Notes: generated by a model from the sequence alone, not told the origin. A stretch of 62,874 nucleotides of DNA, filler included, from Gemmatimonadota bacterium (GCA_003697105.1; 4 parts of 4 records of this genome joined end to end with filler, not necessarily neighbours in it), one strand, 5' to 3'. Counted from the first letter of the whole stretch, positions 1-10,753 are shown. Program-made: numbers and translations.

Positions 1-99
1 ATGGACTACGAGCGAGACCCCAAAACAACGGAAAACATGATTTATATCAGCATGATCAGACCAATGCTGAAGAAAATTGCCTAGTTTTAAAACAGGTTC
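1..99 (+). mobile_element. Right end of an IS5-family (IS1031-like) insertion sequence: transposase C-terminus (1-84) plus probable terminal inverted repeat
   Basis: Frame 1 reads ...DYERDPKTTENMIYISMIRPMLKKIA*, matching the typical IS5/IS1031 transposase tail (DYER...MIY..MI..ML.+LA). It is followed directly by ttttaaaacaggttc, an IR-like end. Truncated by the window start. Confidence 0.75.
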
Positions 100-204
100 A
101 TAATGGGTCTGTCAAGGGTGAAGTGTTTGCATCGAACGGCGACGTACCGCCAACACAACGGACGGAACGCTTCGCCCGTTTAAACAACATAGACATCGTT
201 ATGC
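100..204 (+). repeat. Right arm of a long attC-like site (left arm missing, next to the IS5 end)
   Basis: Ends in an R'-like GTTATGC (198-204). Shares GGACGGAACGCTTC (160-173) and ATAGACATCGTTA (189-201) exactly with the attC-like element at 39773-39994. A gene with a strong RBS starts 21 bp later. Confidence 0.5.
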
Positions 205-224
205 ATCGGAAAGGAGGAATTGCC

Positions 225-662
225 ATGAGTGACACACCGTCGGGTGGAAAAGGCCCTCACGAGGTGTTCAAAGAGATTGAGGATCTGGCCGCCGAAGTCG
301 AGCAGGGCCTCGCCGATCTGACCAAGCAGTTGTCGGACGTAGCTGTTCTTTCGTTGCAAAGATGGACTGGTCGAGCAGCGAGCAACGTGGATGAGTGCTT
401 TCTGAGGGTCCACGAAAAGAAAGGATTGCCTGAATCCTGTATGGCGTGGTTGTTAATTAATGGCTTTAGAGTACTCTCCTTTACACCCGAAGAGGTCCGT
501 GGACGTCAGGCCCTGATGCTCTGGCGCTCGAAGCTTCGAGATCTCCCGGTACCTGGCAACGACCACTGTACATTAGCATTATCAACAGGTTACGATTTTA
601 AGGTGCGGAATGTCGGTCATAACATAGGGGGTGCGGAATGTCGGTTTCAATTAGTTCAATAA
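225..662 (+). CDS. Hypothetical protein, possible gene-cassette ORF; 3' end may be a read-through into an IS remnant
   Basis: AAGGAGG RBS before ATG225; N-terminal helical segment; no recognisable family; last codons overlap the GGTGCGGAATGTCGGT repeats. Confidence 0.45.
   Translation: MSDTPSGGKGPHEVFKEIEDLAAEVEQGLADLTKQLSDVAVLSLQRWTGRAASNVDECFLRVHEKKGLPESCMAWLLINGFRVLSFTPEEVRGRQALMLWRSKLRDLPVPGNDHCTLALSTGYDFKVRNVGHNIGGAECRFQLVQ
602..645. repeat. 16-bp direct repeat GGTGCGGAATGTCGGT x2, resembling IS1634-family right ends
   Basis: Identical copies at 602-617 and 630-645. The IS1634 resemblance (…TGCGGAATGTGGG) is from memory and unverified. Confidence 0.5.
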
Positions 663-674
663 AACGGGATCAGA

Positions 675-710
675 TAAAAACGGCAGTTGGATTACACGTC
701 CAACTGCCGT
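675..710 (-). terminator. Rho-independent terminator, probably bidirectional
   Basis: 12-bp stem ACGGCAGTTGGA/TCCAACTGCCGT followed by a T tract on the minus strand; lies between convergent genes. Confidence 0.8.
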
Positions 711-718
711 ATTGTTTT

Positions 719-753
719 GGCACTGTGGAACCTCCACATCAATGGGAGTGACC
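719..753 (-). promoter_or_regulatory. Putative bacterial SECIS element
   Basis: Directly 3' of TGA(754-756): GGTCAC...TGTGGA-GGT-TCCACA-GTGCC. Upper stem of 6 bp with a G-led apical loop 21 nt after the UGA, and a lower stem GG(T)CAC/GTGCC. Confidence 0.65.
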
Positions 754-954
754 TCAGCCGCCGCCCCCACAAGTGGGAGTGGACGTTCCCACCGGCATGG
801 TACGGATGCCGCCTGCCGCAAACGTGGAGAACTTCTTTTGCGGGCGGGGCGTGTCACAGTTGGGGCACTTCACCTTTTCGTTCCCTTCGCCCATACGCTG
901 TAACACCTCGAACTCATGCCCGCACACCGGACAATGGTATTCGTACATTGGCAT
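739..954 (-). CDS. FmdB-family zinc-ribbon protein, predicted selenoprotein (Sec at TGA 754-756); 754-954 if UGA is a stop
   Basis: MPMYEYHCPVCGHEFE...CPNC motif, strong AAGGAGGTG RBS, tail TCGGGG-TGA-GHSH-TGA followed by the SECIS-like hairpin. Confidence 0.85.
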
Positions 955-985
955 GCAACTCACCTCCTTTAATCTCATGTTTTGA

Positions 986-3235
986 TTATGTTTTGCGGTT
1001 ACAATCTTGTACACCATCCCAATCTTCTGGAACACCGTGTTGACGGAAATATTCACACCGTTTGACATATAGTAGTGCCGCTTTATCTACCGGATTCACA
1101 TCCAGCACCGCTTGAAAAAACCGGGTCGCTTCGTCAAATTTGCGGGTGTGATAAAAGATGATCCCCCGCTCAAAATCATCGTATGTTTGTTGTTTCTGAT
1201 CGATACTGTCTGGGGAGTCTCCATCAAACACCTCATAGACGGAAATCGCTTCTTGGCGTCCTTTTACTTGCACCCGGTCCAAAAAGCGGTAGTGATATAT
1301 TTCCGGCTGGCGCAATTCGGTCAAGGTTTTTTCACTGATGATGATCGGCGTTTGGTAGAATTTTGTCAAGTCTTCAATTCGGCAAGCGAGGTTTACGGTA
1401 TCCGAGATGACGGTTGTGTCCATCCGTTTTTCCTCGCCAATGGTTCCCAGAATTAACCGGCCGGTGTGGAGTCCGATACCGATGGAGATGGGGCGGTAAC
1501 CGGCGCTTTGCCGGTAGGTATTGTACTCCGATAAGTGTTGTTTCATCTCGATTGCCGCATTTAGGGCATCATCGGCAGATTGCGGGAAGAGTGCCATAAT
1601 CGCATCTCCCACATATTTATCGATAAACCCGTGATGTTTGCGGATAATCGGGCTTGTCCGGCTCAAATAGGAATTAAGGAAGTTGAAGTTTTCTTGCGGT
1701 GTCATGCTCTCCGAAAGTTCCGTAAAAAGGCGAATATCGGAGAACAAGATTGTCATTCTCTGCTCAGTTTGATCGCCCAATTTGACGTCAACAATGCTTT
1801 CTTTGCCCAAAAATCGGAGAAATTCGTAAGGGACAAAACGCCCGTATGCCTCGTTCAATTTTGCTAGTTGGATATGCGTTTTGATGCGGGCTAACAGTTC
1901 ATTGCGGGAAAACGGTTTGGTGACGTAATCATTGGCGCCGACTTCAAATCCTTTCATCAAATCGGCGATACTGTTTTTGGCTGTGGCTAAAATCACGGGG
2001 AGTTCTGTTGCCGGGTACTTTTGGCGAATTTTCTCGGTCAATTGATACCCATCCATCTCCGGCATCATGATGTCGGTCAAAATCAGATCAAAATCGTGGG
2101 TTTGAATCAACTTCCATGCTTCCACTCCATTATACGCGGTTTTAATCTTATAATTTTGTAAAGATGATAGTTTTGTGAGGAGTATCTGGATTGTGCGGTC
2201 ATCATCGACCACCAGTAACTGAAATGAATCCTCTGCTCGCAACGCTTCCGGTGAGATGGTATCTGCGGTTGCGCGCGGATCAAACTTCGGTTTGAGGATT
2301 TCCCCCTGAATCCGTGCGACCTTTTCTTGTAATTCTTTGGAGTAGTGTTGTAAGTCCTGAAAGGTTTTAGCCCGTTGTTCTTCGGCTCGTTTTTTCTCGG
2401 TGATGTCCTGAATAATACCGGTGAATAATTGTTGGTCATTCACCCGAGATTCACTGACCGAGAGATAGATCGGAAAAAGTGACCCATCCCGGCGCTGGGC
2501 TTTGACTTCCTGCCGGGTACCGATCCACTGCCGGGCGGAGGTTTGTAATAGGTGTTTGATCTGCTCCTCCGGTTGGTTCCGGTAGGGTGACGGTGCTAAT
2601 ACTTTAACGTTTTGCCCGATGAGTTCCTTTGTGCCATAACCAAATATTTCACTCGCCGCCGGATTACAGGATTCAATTACCCCGTCCGCATTGATGGTGA
2701 TAATACCATCCACAGCAGATTGCAAGATTGACATTACCCGTGCTTCACTTTGGCGCAGTTCTTCTTCCACCCATTTTCGTTCAATAATCTCTTGTTCCAG
2801 CCGTTTGTTCTGCTCTTGAAGGTTTTTTTGCAGTTGGCGCAAGGTTACGTGAGTTTTGACCCGTGCTAACACATCCTCACTATGAATCGGTTTGGTAATA
2901 TAATCGACTGCGCCTACTGCAAACCCTCGCGCCCGATCCGCATTTTGGGAGAGGGCGCTGAGAAAAATCACCGGAATATCGCGGGTGTGCTTATTTGCTT
3001 TAAGCTGGCGGGTGGTCTCAAAACCATCGATACCGGGCATCATGATGTCCATCAAAATCAGATCCGGTCGTATTTCCGGCGCCAGTAGAAGTGCCGACTC
3101 ACCGTCCGCCGCCTCATGGGCACGATAACCGGCTTCTTGTAACAGATAAACCATACCAACCCGCACCGATAAATCATCTTCTACCACTAAAATATGACCC
3201 GTAGTGGGGTTTTTATCTGAATCAAACCCATTCAT
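986..3235 (-). CDS. Class III adenylate/guanylate cyclase with REC-PAS-REC-cyclase architecture (ORF open to 3301)
   Basis: Two receiver domains (DLILMDIMMP, DLILTDIMMP), PAS/PAC, and cyclase motifs LFSDIR, DKYVGDAIMA, GIGLHTG, SDTVNLACR. Confidence 0.92.
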   Translation of the reverse strand: MNGFDSDKNPTTGHILVVEDDLSVRVGMVYLLQEAGYRAHEAADGESALLLAPEIRPDLILMDIMMPGIDGFETTRQLKANKHTRDIPVIFLSALSQNADRARGFAVGAVDYITKPIHSEDVLARVKTHVTLRQLQKNLQEQNKRLEQEIIERKWVEEELRQSEARVMSILQSAVDGIITINADGVIESCNPAASEIFGYGTKELIGQNVKVLAPSPYRNQPEEQIKHLLQTSARQWIGTRQEVKAQRRDGSLFPIYLSVSESRVNDQQLFTGIIQDITEKKRAEEQRAKTFQDLQHYSKELQEKVARIQGEILKPKFDPRATADTISPEALRAEDSFQLLVVDDDRTIQILLTKLSSLQNYKIKTAYNGVEAWKLIQTHDFDLILTDIMMPEMDGYQLTEKIRQKYPATELPVILATAKNSIADLMKGFEVGANDYVTKPFSRNELLARIKTHIQLAKLNEAYGRFVPYEFLRFLGKESIVDVKLGDQTEQRMTILFSDIRLFTELSESMTPQENFNFLNSYLSRTSPIIRKHHGFIDKYVGDAIMALFPQSADDALNAAIEMKQHLSEYNTYRQSAGYRPISIGIGLHTGRLILGTIGEEKRMDTTVISDTVNLACRIEDLTKFYQTPIIISEKTLTELRQPEIYHYRFLDRVQVKGRQEAISVYEVFDGDSPDSIDQKQQTYDDFERGIIFYHTRKFDEATRFFQAVLDVNPVDKAALLYVKRCEYFRQHGVPEDWDGVQDCNRKT

Positions 3236-3516
3236 GTCTTCCCAGTGCTCCCAAAGAGTGTCTTGATACTGAATTATAATGGATTCGGAGTCATCAAGCA
3301 AGGATGGAAATCTGCCACAAAATCATTGTCTTGAGGTTGATTCATTTTTATTTTAGCGTGTCATCTGGGGTTGTTCCCAATAATCGTTGTAGTGATTTAT
3401 CAACATGAGGTGGTCAGAACGGGATGTCTCCCTAGATGTTTTGGAAACCGGAGGAGGAGAGGGGTTGTGGAGAATAGAAGTCCTTTTATCCATCATTTTA
3501 TACAGGAGGATGTGTT

Positions 3517-4104
3517 ATGAGCGTCAAAAAAATTCTGCTGATCACTGGTGATTTTGGTGAGGACTACGAAATTATGGTGCCGTTTCAGATGCTACTCATG
3601 GTAGGGCATGAGGTTCATGCGGTCTGCCCGGATAAGAAGGCAGGGGATACGGTCAAGACGGCGATTCATGATTTTGAAGGTGATCAGACATACACCGAAA
3701 AGCCGGGGCATAATTTTACCCTCAATTTTGATTTTGATGCCGTTGATCCCGCAAATTACGATGCATTGGTTCTGCCCGGGGGACGCGCTCCCGAATATCT
3801 GCGGCTCAACCCGAGGGTGATCGACATCGTGCGGCATTTTGCCGAAAATGATAAGCCGATTGCCTCGATCTGTCATGGTCAGCAGATTTTGGCGGCGGCA
3901 GGTGTACTGGAAGGCAAGCTGTGCACGGCATATCCGGCGGTTCAACCGGAAGTTGTTCGCGCCGGTGCCAAATGGGGGGAAGTCAAAGACGGCGCTTCCA
4001 ATGCCTACACCGATGGTAATCTGGTTACGGCGCCAGCGTGGCCCGCACATCCCGCTTGGATTCGCCAGTTTTTGGAAGTGCTCGGTACCACGATTGAACC
4101 CTAA
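3517..4104 (+). CDS. DJ-1/PfpI family protein (glyoxalase/protease)
   Basis: [15 protein letters not shown] and nucleophile elbow SICHG; AGGAGG RBS. Confidence 0.93.
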   Translation: MSVKKILLITGDFGEDYEIMVPFQMLLMVGHEVHAVCPDKKAGDTVKTAIHDFEGDQTYTEKPGHNFTLNFDFDAVDPANYDALVLPGGRAPEYLRLNPRVIDIVRHFAENDKPIASICHGQQILAAAGVLEGKLCTAYPAVQPEVVRAGAKWGEVKDGASNAYTDGNLVTAPAWPAHPAWIRQFLEVLGTTIEP

Positions 4105-4153
4105 TCCGCCTGCGTGAATTTCAGGATATTTTCTCCCGGTGGAGAGACCCTCT

Positions 4154-5497
4154 CTACCGGGTATTTTTGTTCAAAGGTTGGTAGATGAACCGGGGTGCAT
4201 AAACGGTTAGGATCAAACCCCGCGCCGCCATGAACAGGAGCATTGCCAACCACAAACTATGATTATCAAGCCACGGGCGGGTCAGGTAATAAACGGGTAG
4301 AAAAATCAGGAAGGTACTCACTAGCATGGAATTGCGCATCGGGGGAGTTGCTGTTGCGCCCAGATATACACCATCCCAAATGAAACAAAAACTATTGACT
4401 AACGGGGCGATGACCGTCCAAATAAAATAGGACCATGCCATCCAGATTAGGTAATCTTTGTCGGTAAAAAGGTGTAGCAATGATTGACCAAACATAGCGT
4501 AACTGATTGAAAAAATAACGCCTAACCCCAAACCCCACACAAAGGAATACCGCACCGCTTGTCGCAATTTGGGGGTATCCTGTGCCCCAATATACATCCC
4601 CACCAGACTCTCCGCCGCAAAGGCAAAACCATCAACCCCGAAGGAGAGAATCATCCAAAATTGGAGTAAGATCGTGTTCACCGCCAGTACATCGTCACTG
4701 AACGTGGCTGATTCCGCAGTGAAAAACGTAAAGGTGAAAACCACGCAGAGCGTGCGGATGAAAATATCACGATTGACCGCGAAAAACCGCTTGAGATGCT
4801 CGATTTCAAGAATTTTTCGGCGGATAATCTGGCATGTATAGCCAGAATAGGCACGCCCATACAGCCCGATGGCAACCACTAGCCCGCTATATTGCGCCAC
4901 GACTGTGCCCCATGCCACGCCATCGGATTCCATACCGAACCCTTTAATAAACAGCACGTTGCATCCAATGTTAATAAGGTTGGTTACCACTGCCAGTATC
5001 AATGGATAACGGGCATTTTGGACCCCCAAAAACCATCCCTGAAACGCATAAAGTGCTAACGATGCCGGCGCTGCCCACATCCGGATGTGAAAATAAATGG
5101 CAGCGTGACTTTCTACTTCCGGTGAGGCATCAATCAGGTAAAAACTGATCCGGGTCACCGGTACTTGAACCAAAATCAGGATAAAACTGCAAATCAGTGC
5201 TACTAAAAGCGCCCGTACAAGTACCAAAATGGTTTCGTGTTCATCCTTTTTGCCGAATTCCTGTGCGGTCATGCCGGTGGTGCCCATCCGCAAAAAGGCA
5301 AATCCCCAATAGATAAAATTGAAGATCATTCCCCCGATGGAGATCGCGCCAAGATGGTAAACGTTATCCAACCGTCCCACCAATGCGGTATCTACCGCGC
5401 CCAACATGGGGATGGTCAAGTTACTGAGGATATTCGGGATAGCAAGGTTGAGGATACGTTTGTTCAAGGAGGTTTTTCCGATGCGGATCAGACCCAC
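4154..5497 (-). CDS. dinF: MATE-family efflux transporter (DinF-like)
   Basis: LAIPNILSN..PMLGAVDTALVG and FLRMGTTG motifs; about 12 TM helices. Confidence 0.88.
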   Translation of the reverse strand: MGLIRIGKTSLNKRILNLAIPNILSNLTIPMLGAVDTALVGRLDNVYHLGAISIGGMIFNFIYWGFAFLRMGTTGMTAQEFGKKDEHETILVLVRALLVALICSFILILVQVPVTRISFYLIDASPEVESHAAIYFHIRMWAAPASLALYAFQGWFLGVQNARYPLILAVVTNLINIGCNVLFIKGFGMESDGVAWGTVVAQYSGLVVAIGLYGRAYSGYTCQIIRRKILEIEHLKRFFAVNRDIFIRTLCVVFTFTFFTAESATFSDDVLAVNTILLQFWMILSFGVDGFAFAAESLVGMYIGAQDTPKLRQAVRYSFVWGLGLGVIFSISYAMFGQSLLHLFTDKDYLIWMAWSYFIWTVIAPLVNSFCFIWDGVYLGATATPPMRNSMLVSTFLIFLPVYYLTRPWLDNHSLWLAMLLFMAARGLILTVYAPRFIYQPLNKNTR

Positions 5498-5811
5498 AGG
5501 TCATTTTCAGTACCGCAGTTCCAGCAACGGGCAAATTGCCCTTCAATGGTTTCTCCGCAAGAAGGACATTGCCATTCGGGGAGCGGATCCTTGGTATGGT
5601 GTTGTAAGGCGGTTTGAATGATATGTTCTGCTTGTTCCAGATCAATATCCGAGAGTATCCACAGTTCGATCCAGCACTCGTTGACGGGCACTCCACCCGC
5701 TAAACCGGGCAGATGCTCGTTTTTCAACATTGCCGGGATGCCATTGGCTTCCAGCACATTTTTGAGATGCCCGATCATCAGGCTATCGGGGGAACTATAT
5801 ACTTTTTTCAT
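5488..5811 (-). CDS. DUF2007-type putative signal-transducing protein with C-terminal zinc ribbon
   Basis: LEANGIPA..KNE motif and WQCPSCGE...FARCWNCG. Confidence 0.8.
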   Translation of the reverse strand: MKKVYSSPDSLMIGHLKNVLEANGIPAMLKNEHLPGLAGGVPVNECWIELWILSDIDLEQAEHIIQTALQHHTKDPLPEWQCPSCGETIEGQFARCWNCGTENDLWV

Positions 5812-5847
5812 GTTTTCTTATCCCAACGGTAATAACTCCCCTCTTCT

Positions 5848-6489
5848 CTACATGACGGTTTTCAATTCCACATCCAGTCCGCGCAGATGATAAATATCAC
5901 CCCAAGTAAAAAGGCGCCACCTGCCTTGCTGAACCTGAAAAATATTGATGCTGGCGTTATGGATGCTGAATCGGCGATCAAAAACAATAGGAATATCAAT
6001 TACATAGCGGAAAATAGAGTCGATGATACCGCCATGCGTCACGACAACCACGGTTTCTCCGGTGTGTTTTTCGGCAATCTGGTTGAGGCAGGTCACGGCG
6101 CGATCATATCGCATTTGGAAACTTTCCCCATTGGGGATCACATAGGTAGGGTCACCTGATTTAAAGCCGCGATAGACTTCAGGATAGCGGGTGATCATCT
6201 CATCCTTGTTGAGTCCTTCCAATACACCACCGTTAAGTTCGCGGAGTTGGGGGTCTGTGATGATTTCGTGCCCGGTCTGCCCGGCGATAATCTGTGCGGT
6301 GTGGTAAGCCCGTTTTAGGTCACTGCTGTACAGCACGGAGAACGCTTCTGTTTTCAGGCGTTCGGCGGTGGCTTGTGCTTGAGCGATTCCTTTCTTATTG
6401 AGATCGATATCCAAATGCCCCTGTAAGCGGTGTTCGGCGTTGTAAGCGGTTTCTCCATGCCGGATGAGGATAATTTGAGTTAGCTGCAT
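5848..6489 (-). CDS. Histidine phosphatase (phosphoglycerate mutase) family protein
   Basis: RHGET, SSDLKRA, LRE and VVTHGG motifs. Confidence 0.92.
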   Translation of the reverse strand: MQLTQIILIRHGETAYNAEHRLQGHLDIDLNKKGIAQAQATAERLKTEAFSVLYSSDLKRAYHTAQIIAGQTGHEIITDPQLRELNGGVLEGLNKDEMITRYPEVYRGFKSGDPTYVIPNGESFQMRYDRAVTCLNQIAEKHTGETVVVVTHGGIIDSIFRYVIDIPIVFDRRFSIHNASINIFQVQQGRWRLFTWGDIYHLRGLDVELKTVM

Positions 6490-6528
6490 ATGTGACGTTC
6501 CGTATTGGTGGGGTGGGTGGTGTGTTCT

Positions 6529-8139
6529 CTACATCCGAAAGACAGGAAACCGGGTCTCTTGAATGGGGGCATTGAGGCTCATGGAAATGCCTAACGCCAG
6601 ATATTTTCGAGTTTCCACCGGATCGAGGATGCCATCATCCCACAAACGGGCGGTACTGTAATAGGGACTGCCTTCTCGTTCGTATTTGTCGAGGATCGGC
6701 GCTTTGAAGGCGGCTTCCGCATTGGCATCCATTAGGGGTTCCTGCCGGGCGGCAAGCTGGTCCTGTTTGACCGTGAAGAGTACGTTTGCTGCTTGTTCCC
6801 CTCCCATCACCGAAATACGGGAATTGGGCCACATCCAGAGCAAGCGGGGATCATACGCCCGCCCGCACATGCCGTAGTTGCCTGCACCATAACTGCCCCC
6901 GATTACCAGCGTGAATTTTGGCACAGCGGCAGTGGCAACGGCTTGCACTAATTTTGCCCCATCTTTGGCAATCCCGCCGTTTTCGTATGCCTTGCCGACC
7001 ATAAATCCGGTGATATTCTGCACGAAGACCAGCGGAATGCCCCGTTGGCAGCACAGTTCGATAAAATGAGCACCTTTGAGAGCACTTTCACTGAAGAGTA
7101 CGCCGTTATTCGCCAAAATTCCGACCGGATAGCCGTGAATATGGGCAAATCCGCAAACGAGGGTTGTCGCGTAGAGTTGCTTAAACTCGTGTAAACGGCT
7201 ACCATCGACCAATCGTGCCAGCACCTCGCGGACATCGAATGGTTGGCGGGTATCTTGGGGGATAATGCCGTAAATCTCTTTGGGATCATAGAGCGGGTCT
7301 TCGGGAGGTTGGACATCCAGCGAAATTCGCTTTTTGCGGTTAAAGTTTGCCACAACCTCGCGGCATCGTTCGAGGGCATGGTGGTCATCTAGGGCGTAAT
7401 AGTCCGAAACTCCAGACGTGCGGCAGTGAACTTCTGCCCCACCGAGTTCTTCGGCGGTGACTTCCTCACCGGTTGCCGCTTTGACCAATGGCGGACCCCC
7501 CAAAAAGATGGTGCCGTTGCCTTTAACAATGATGTTTTCATCCGCCATGGCCGGGACATACGCCCCACCAGCGGTACAACTGCCCATCACCACCGCAATC
7601 TGCGGAATGCCCATACTCGACATTTGCGCCTGATTGTAGAAAATTCGCCCAAAATGATTCCGGTCTGGGAAAACCTCATCTTGCATCGGCAAAAATGCAC
7701 CGCCGGAATCTACCAGATAAATGCAAGGTAGGTTGTTCTGCTGGGCGATCTCCTGTGCCCGCAAGTGTTTTTTAACGGTGATGGGGTAGTACGTGCCGCC
7801 TTTGACCGTCGCATCGTTCGCAACGATCATGACTTCCTGACCGTTTACTACCCCCACCCCCGTGATGATCCCCGCGGCTGGGGCATCGCCGTTGTACATC
7901 CCCCAAGCGGCGAGGGGGGAAAGCTCCAAAAACGGGGTATTTTCATCGGTCAATTCGTCGATGCGCTCCCGCGCCGTGAGCTTACCGCGTTTTTTGTGTT
8001 TTTCTACTGCTCGCGGCGGTCCACCTTGCCGGATTTGCTTCAAGCGATGTTGATATTCATCGATTAACGTTTGAAAATGAGCGGCATTTGCCTTAAATTC
8101 TGGGGAATTCGGGGAAATTTGGCTTTCAATAAGACTCAT
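6529..8139 (-). CDS. mccB: 3-methylcrotonyl-CoA carboxylase, carboxyltransferase (beta) subunit
   Basis: [50 protein letters not shown]; start set at MSLIESQ after a GGAG RBS. Confidence 0.9.
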   Translation of the reverse strand: MSLIESQISPNSPEFKANAAHFQTLIDEYQHRLKQIRQGGPPRAVEKHKKRGKLTARERIDELTDENTPFLELSPLAAWGMYNGDAPAAGIITGVGVVNGQEVMIVANDATVKGGTYYPITVKKHLRAQEIAQQNNLPCIYLVDSGGAFLPMQDEVFPDRNHFGRIFYNQAQMSSMGIPQIAVVMGSCTAGGAYVPAMADENIIVKGNGTIFLGGPPLVKAATGEEVTAEELGGAEVHCRTSGVSDYYALDDHHALERCREVVANFNRKKRISLDVQPPEDPLYDPKEIYGIIPQDTRQPFDVREVLARLVDGSRLHEFKQLYATTLVCGFAHIHGYPVGILANNGVLFSESALKGAHFIELCCQRGIPLVFVQNITGFMVGKAYENGGIAKDGAKLVQAVATAAVPKFTLVIGGSYGAGNYGMCGRAYDPRLLWMWPNSRISVMGGEQAANVLFTVKQDQLAARQEPLMDANAEAAFKAPILDKYEREGSPYYSTARLWDDGILDPVETRKYLALGISMSLNAPIQETRFPVFRM

Positions 8140-8352
8140 GTGTCTGTCTCCATCTCGGATAATAGAACGGTAATTTGCCAGCGATGATAATAGGGTGAAA
8201 CATCGATGCAATGTTATTGCATTATGATACAAATCCAGTGAAACTGCAACGAAAAAATAAAATTTCCCAATTTTTACTAGCAATCTGCTACATCTTGTGT
8301 TATAATACCTGCACGATGGATAGCTTACTCTCATTTTTAGTAAAAGGATGAT

Positions 8353-9615
8353 TTGAACATGCGATGGTTTTGGATATTCGCAATATTAACATTCCCGCTG
8401 AGTGGGCAGGCATTTACCCTGCTTGGAGCGGCAAATTATGGTGATCTCGCCCAAGGGCATAATGCCAAATCCTTAGCACTGGGGGCGACCTCCGTTGCCG
8501 TAGAGACCGGTGCGGCGGCGTTGTTTACCAATCCGGCGGCACTCACCCGTGTGAACCGTGCCTATTCCGAAGCCAGTTTTGGTATCATCTATTCCCGTGA
8601 AATTGTCTCGCAGAAAGTGTTTGACTCCTTTGAAAGTACCATTGGTGACGCGGCTATTGCGACGAACAAGACCGTCAATGGGTTTCCCTATTTGGGGGGA
8701 TTTGTGATCCCGCTAGACCTGTTTGGACTCTCCAAAAATTATGTCGTCAGCCTCGGTTATACCTCATTATACGATTTTCATTATGAACACGAACAGGAAA
8801 ATCGCGATAGTGAATATCAAATTACCAATACGCTTGCCTATTCTTCTGAGGGGAGTCTCAACAGCTTTTCGCTGGGATTCGCCGCACATCCGTTTCCGGT
8901 GCTTTCGATGGGGGCAAGTGTGCACATCTTGACCGGGGAGCACACCATCCATTTTGAGTACGATGACCGGAGTACTTCCGATGAGACTGATGAGGTGTGG
9001 GGGATGGATTATGAAAATCTCTCTGGATATAACCTCTCTTTAGGGGTACTTGTCCAGCCGTTGGCGGTGCGAGACCGGTTCACGGTGGGGGCGTATCTCC
9101 AAACTCCAGCAGAAATCTCCGGTGACCAGTCGATGTCGGTGGATGTTCTCTCGACAGACCGGCAGGTCACGTACCCCTTGCGGGCGGGCTTGGGAATTGA
9201 TTATATGCCCCGTAACCCGTTGGTTTCGCGGTTGGTAGCGGATTTTATTTACAATAATTATTCCCAGATGGAAGATGATAACAACCCAGATTTAGATTTA
9301 GAAGATACTGTTGAGTTCCATGTGGGGTTGGAACATGTGCTGGCTGAGAATGTGCCGGTACGTATTGGCTTTTACTGGGAACCGACCGCCACCGATAACG
9401 ATTTGGCAAGTACGTTCTTAACATTTGGTAGCGGATATCAGGTGGATTATTTTATGCTGGATATTGGGGTCAAATTAGGCAAACGAAATTACCGCGATGG
9501 GGATGTGAGTTATAACGCAAATAATCAGGCAGTCTTTGACCGCATTCAAATTGAGGATGTCAAAATTGAGGAGACCTACGGGCAACTCATCGCCACCCTA
9601 AAATATGGATTTTAA
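8353..9615 (+). CDS. Outer-membrane beta-barrel protein, FadL/OmpP1-like
   Basis: Signal peptide, AKSLALG...ALFTNPAAL motif, alternating beta strands, C-terminal Phe. Confidence 0.7.
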   Translation: MNMRWFWIFAILTFPLSGQAFTLLGAANYGDLAQGHNAKSLALGATSVAVETGAAALFTNPAALTRVNRAYSEASFGIIYSREIVSQKVFDSFESTIGDAAIATNKTVNGFPYLGGFVIPLDLFGLSKNYVVSLGYTSLYDFHYEHEQENRDSEYQITNTLAYSSEGSLNSFSLGFAAHPFPVLSMGASVHILTGEHTIHFEYDDRSTSDETDEVWGMDYENLSGYNLSLGVLVQPLAVRDRFTVGAYLQTPAEISGDQSMSVDVLSTDRQVTYPLRAGLGIDYMPRNPLVSRLVADFIYNNYSQMEDDNNPDLDLEDTVEFHVGLEHVLAENVPVRIGFYWEPTATDNDLASTFLTFGSGYQVDYFMLDIGVKLGKRNYRDGDVSYNANNQAVFDRIQIEDVKIEETYGQLIATLKYGF

Positions 9616-9636
9616 TAATGGAATGAAGGAACTCAC

Positions 9637-9670
9637 AAAGCGGCTCTTTGGGGATGCCGCTTTTTTTATT
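9637..9670 (+). terminator. Rho-independent terminator
   Basis: GCGGC...GCCGC stem followed by T7. Confidence 0.65.
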
Positions 9671-9709
9671 TGGTACTATTTTATTTACTAGAAGGGAGTG
9701 TGGTATATT

Positions 9710-10726
9710 ATGGCTTTACCAGCAACCAGTGTTACGACCTTAGAACGGCATATTATTGAACAAGAACGGCGGTTTCCTGGTGCTACCGGACAATTTTCTG
9801 GGTTGATGTACAGCCTAACGTTGGCGGCAAAGATTGTCCAAAAGGAAGTCCGACGTGCCGGGATCGTCAATATTTTAGGGCGGTTAGGACGACAAAATAT
9901 TCAAGGGGAAGAAGTTCAGAAACTGGATGTTTACGCCCACCGCGCCATCTTTGAGGCACTTGACCATACCGGACATTTGTGTGTGATGGCTTCTGAAGAA
10001 GTCGATGAGATTATCCCCATCCCGAAGAAATTCCCAGTAGGCAAATATGTATTGAATTTTGACCCCCTCGATGGCTCATCGAATATTGATGCGAATGTCT
10101 CCATTGGGACCATCTTTTCCGTACACCGTCGCGTTACGCCCGAAGGAACCCCCGGTACAAAGGAAGATGTTATCCAACCGGGATATAAACAGGTTGCCGC
10201 GGGTTACGTGCTGTATGGTTCCAGCACCATGTTTGTTTACACGACCGGCTTGGGCGTGCATGGTTTCACCCTTGACCCCAGTCTAGGCGAATTTGTGCTT
10301 TCCCATGAAAATATTCAGATTTCCGATGATAAGAAGATTTATAGTGTGAATGAAGGCAACTATCATTCATGGGATGAAGGCGTCCAGCGGTTTGTGGATT
10401 ACGTAAAAACGCCCGATAAAGCGACTCGTCGTCCTTATTCCGCACGATATATTGGTTCGTTGGTGGCAGATTTTCACCGGAATCTGCTCTACGGCGGGAT
10501 TTTTATGTATCCCGGTTCAAAGTCCAAACCACAGGGCAAATTACGGTTATTGTACGAAGCCGCTCCCTTGGCGTTTATCGCGGAACAAGCCGGGGGACGT
10601 GCCAGTAATGGTTATCAAGATATTATGAAAATCGAACCCACAGAACTGCATCAGCGAGTACCGCTGTTTATTGGTACCAAGTCCGATGTGGATTTAGTGG
10701 AAGAATTTATTCAAGGAAAGCGATAA
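9710..10726 (+). CDS. fbp: Class 1 fructose-1,6-bisphosphatase
   Basis: [38 protein letters not shown]. Confidence 0.96.
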   Translation: MALPATSVTTLERHIIEQERRFPGATGQFSGLMYSLTLAAKIVQKEVRRAGIVNILGRLGRQNIQGEEVQKLDVYAHRAIFEALDHTGHLCVMASEEVDEIIPIPKKFPVGKYVLNFDPLDGSSNIDANVSIGTIFSVHRRVTPEGTPGTKEDVIQPGYKQVAAGYVLYGSSTMFVYTTGLGVHGFTLDPSLGEFVLSHENIQISDDKKIYSVNEGNYHSWDEGVQRFVDYVKTPDKATRRPYSARYIGSLVADFHRNLLYGGIFMYPGSKSKPQGKLRLLYEAAPLAFIAEQAGGRASNGYQDIMKIEPTELHQRVPLFIGTKSDVDLVEEFIQGKR

Positions 10727-10753
10727 TTCAAATTGATTGAATCCCGTGGTGTG

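Noticed and set aside
602-645. Mini-CRISPR interpretation of the direct repeat
   Set aside because: Only two 16-bp units with a 12-bp spacer, and no cas genes; no CRISPR array anywhere in the window.
6529-8334. Long N-terminal extensions in the ORF track (mccB, purL, phoH, ccmF, second ABC ATPase and others)
   Set aside because: Downstream starts with an RBS or family-typical N-termini fit better; the many short antisense ORFs are shadows of real genes.
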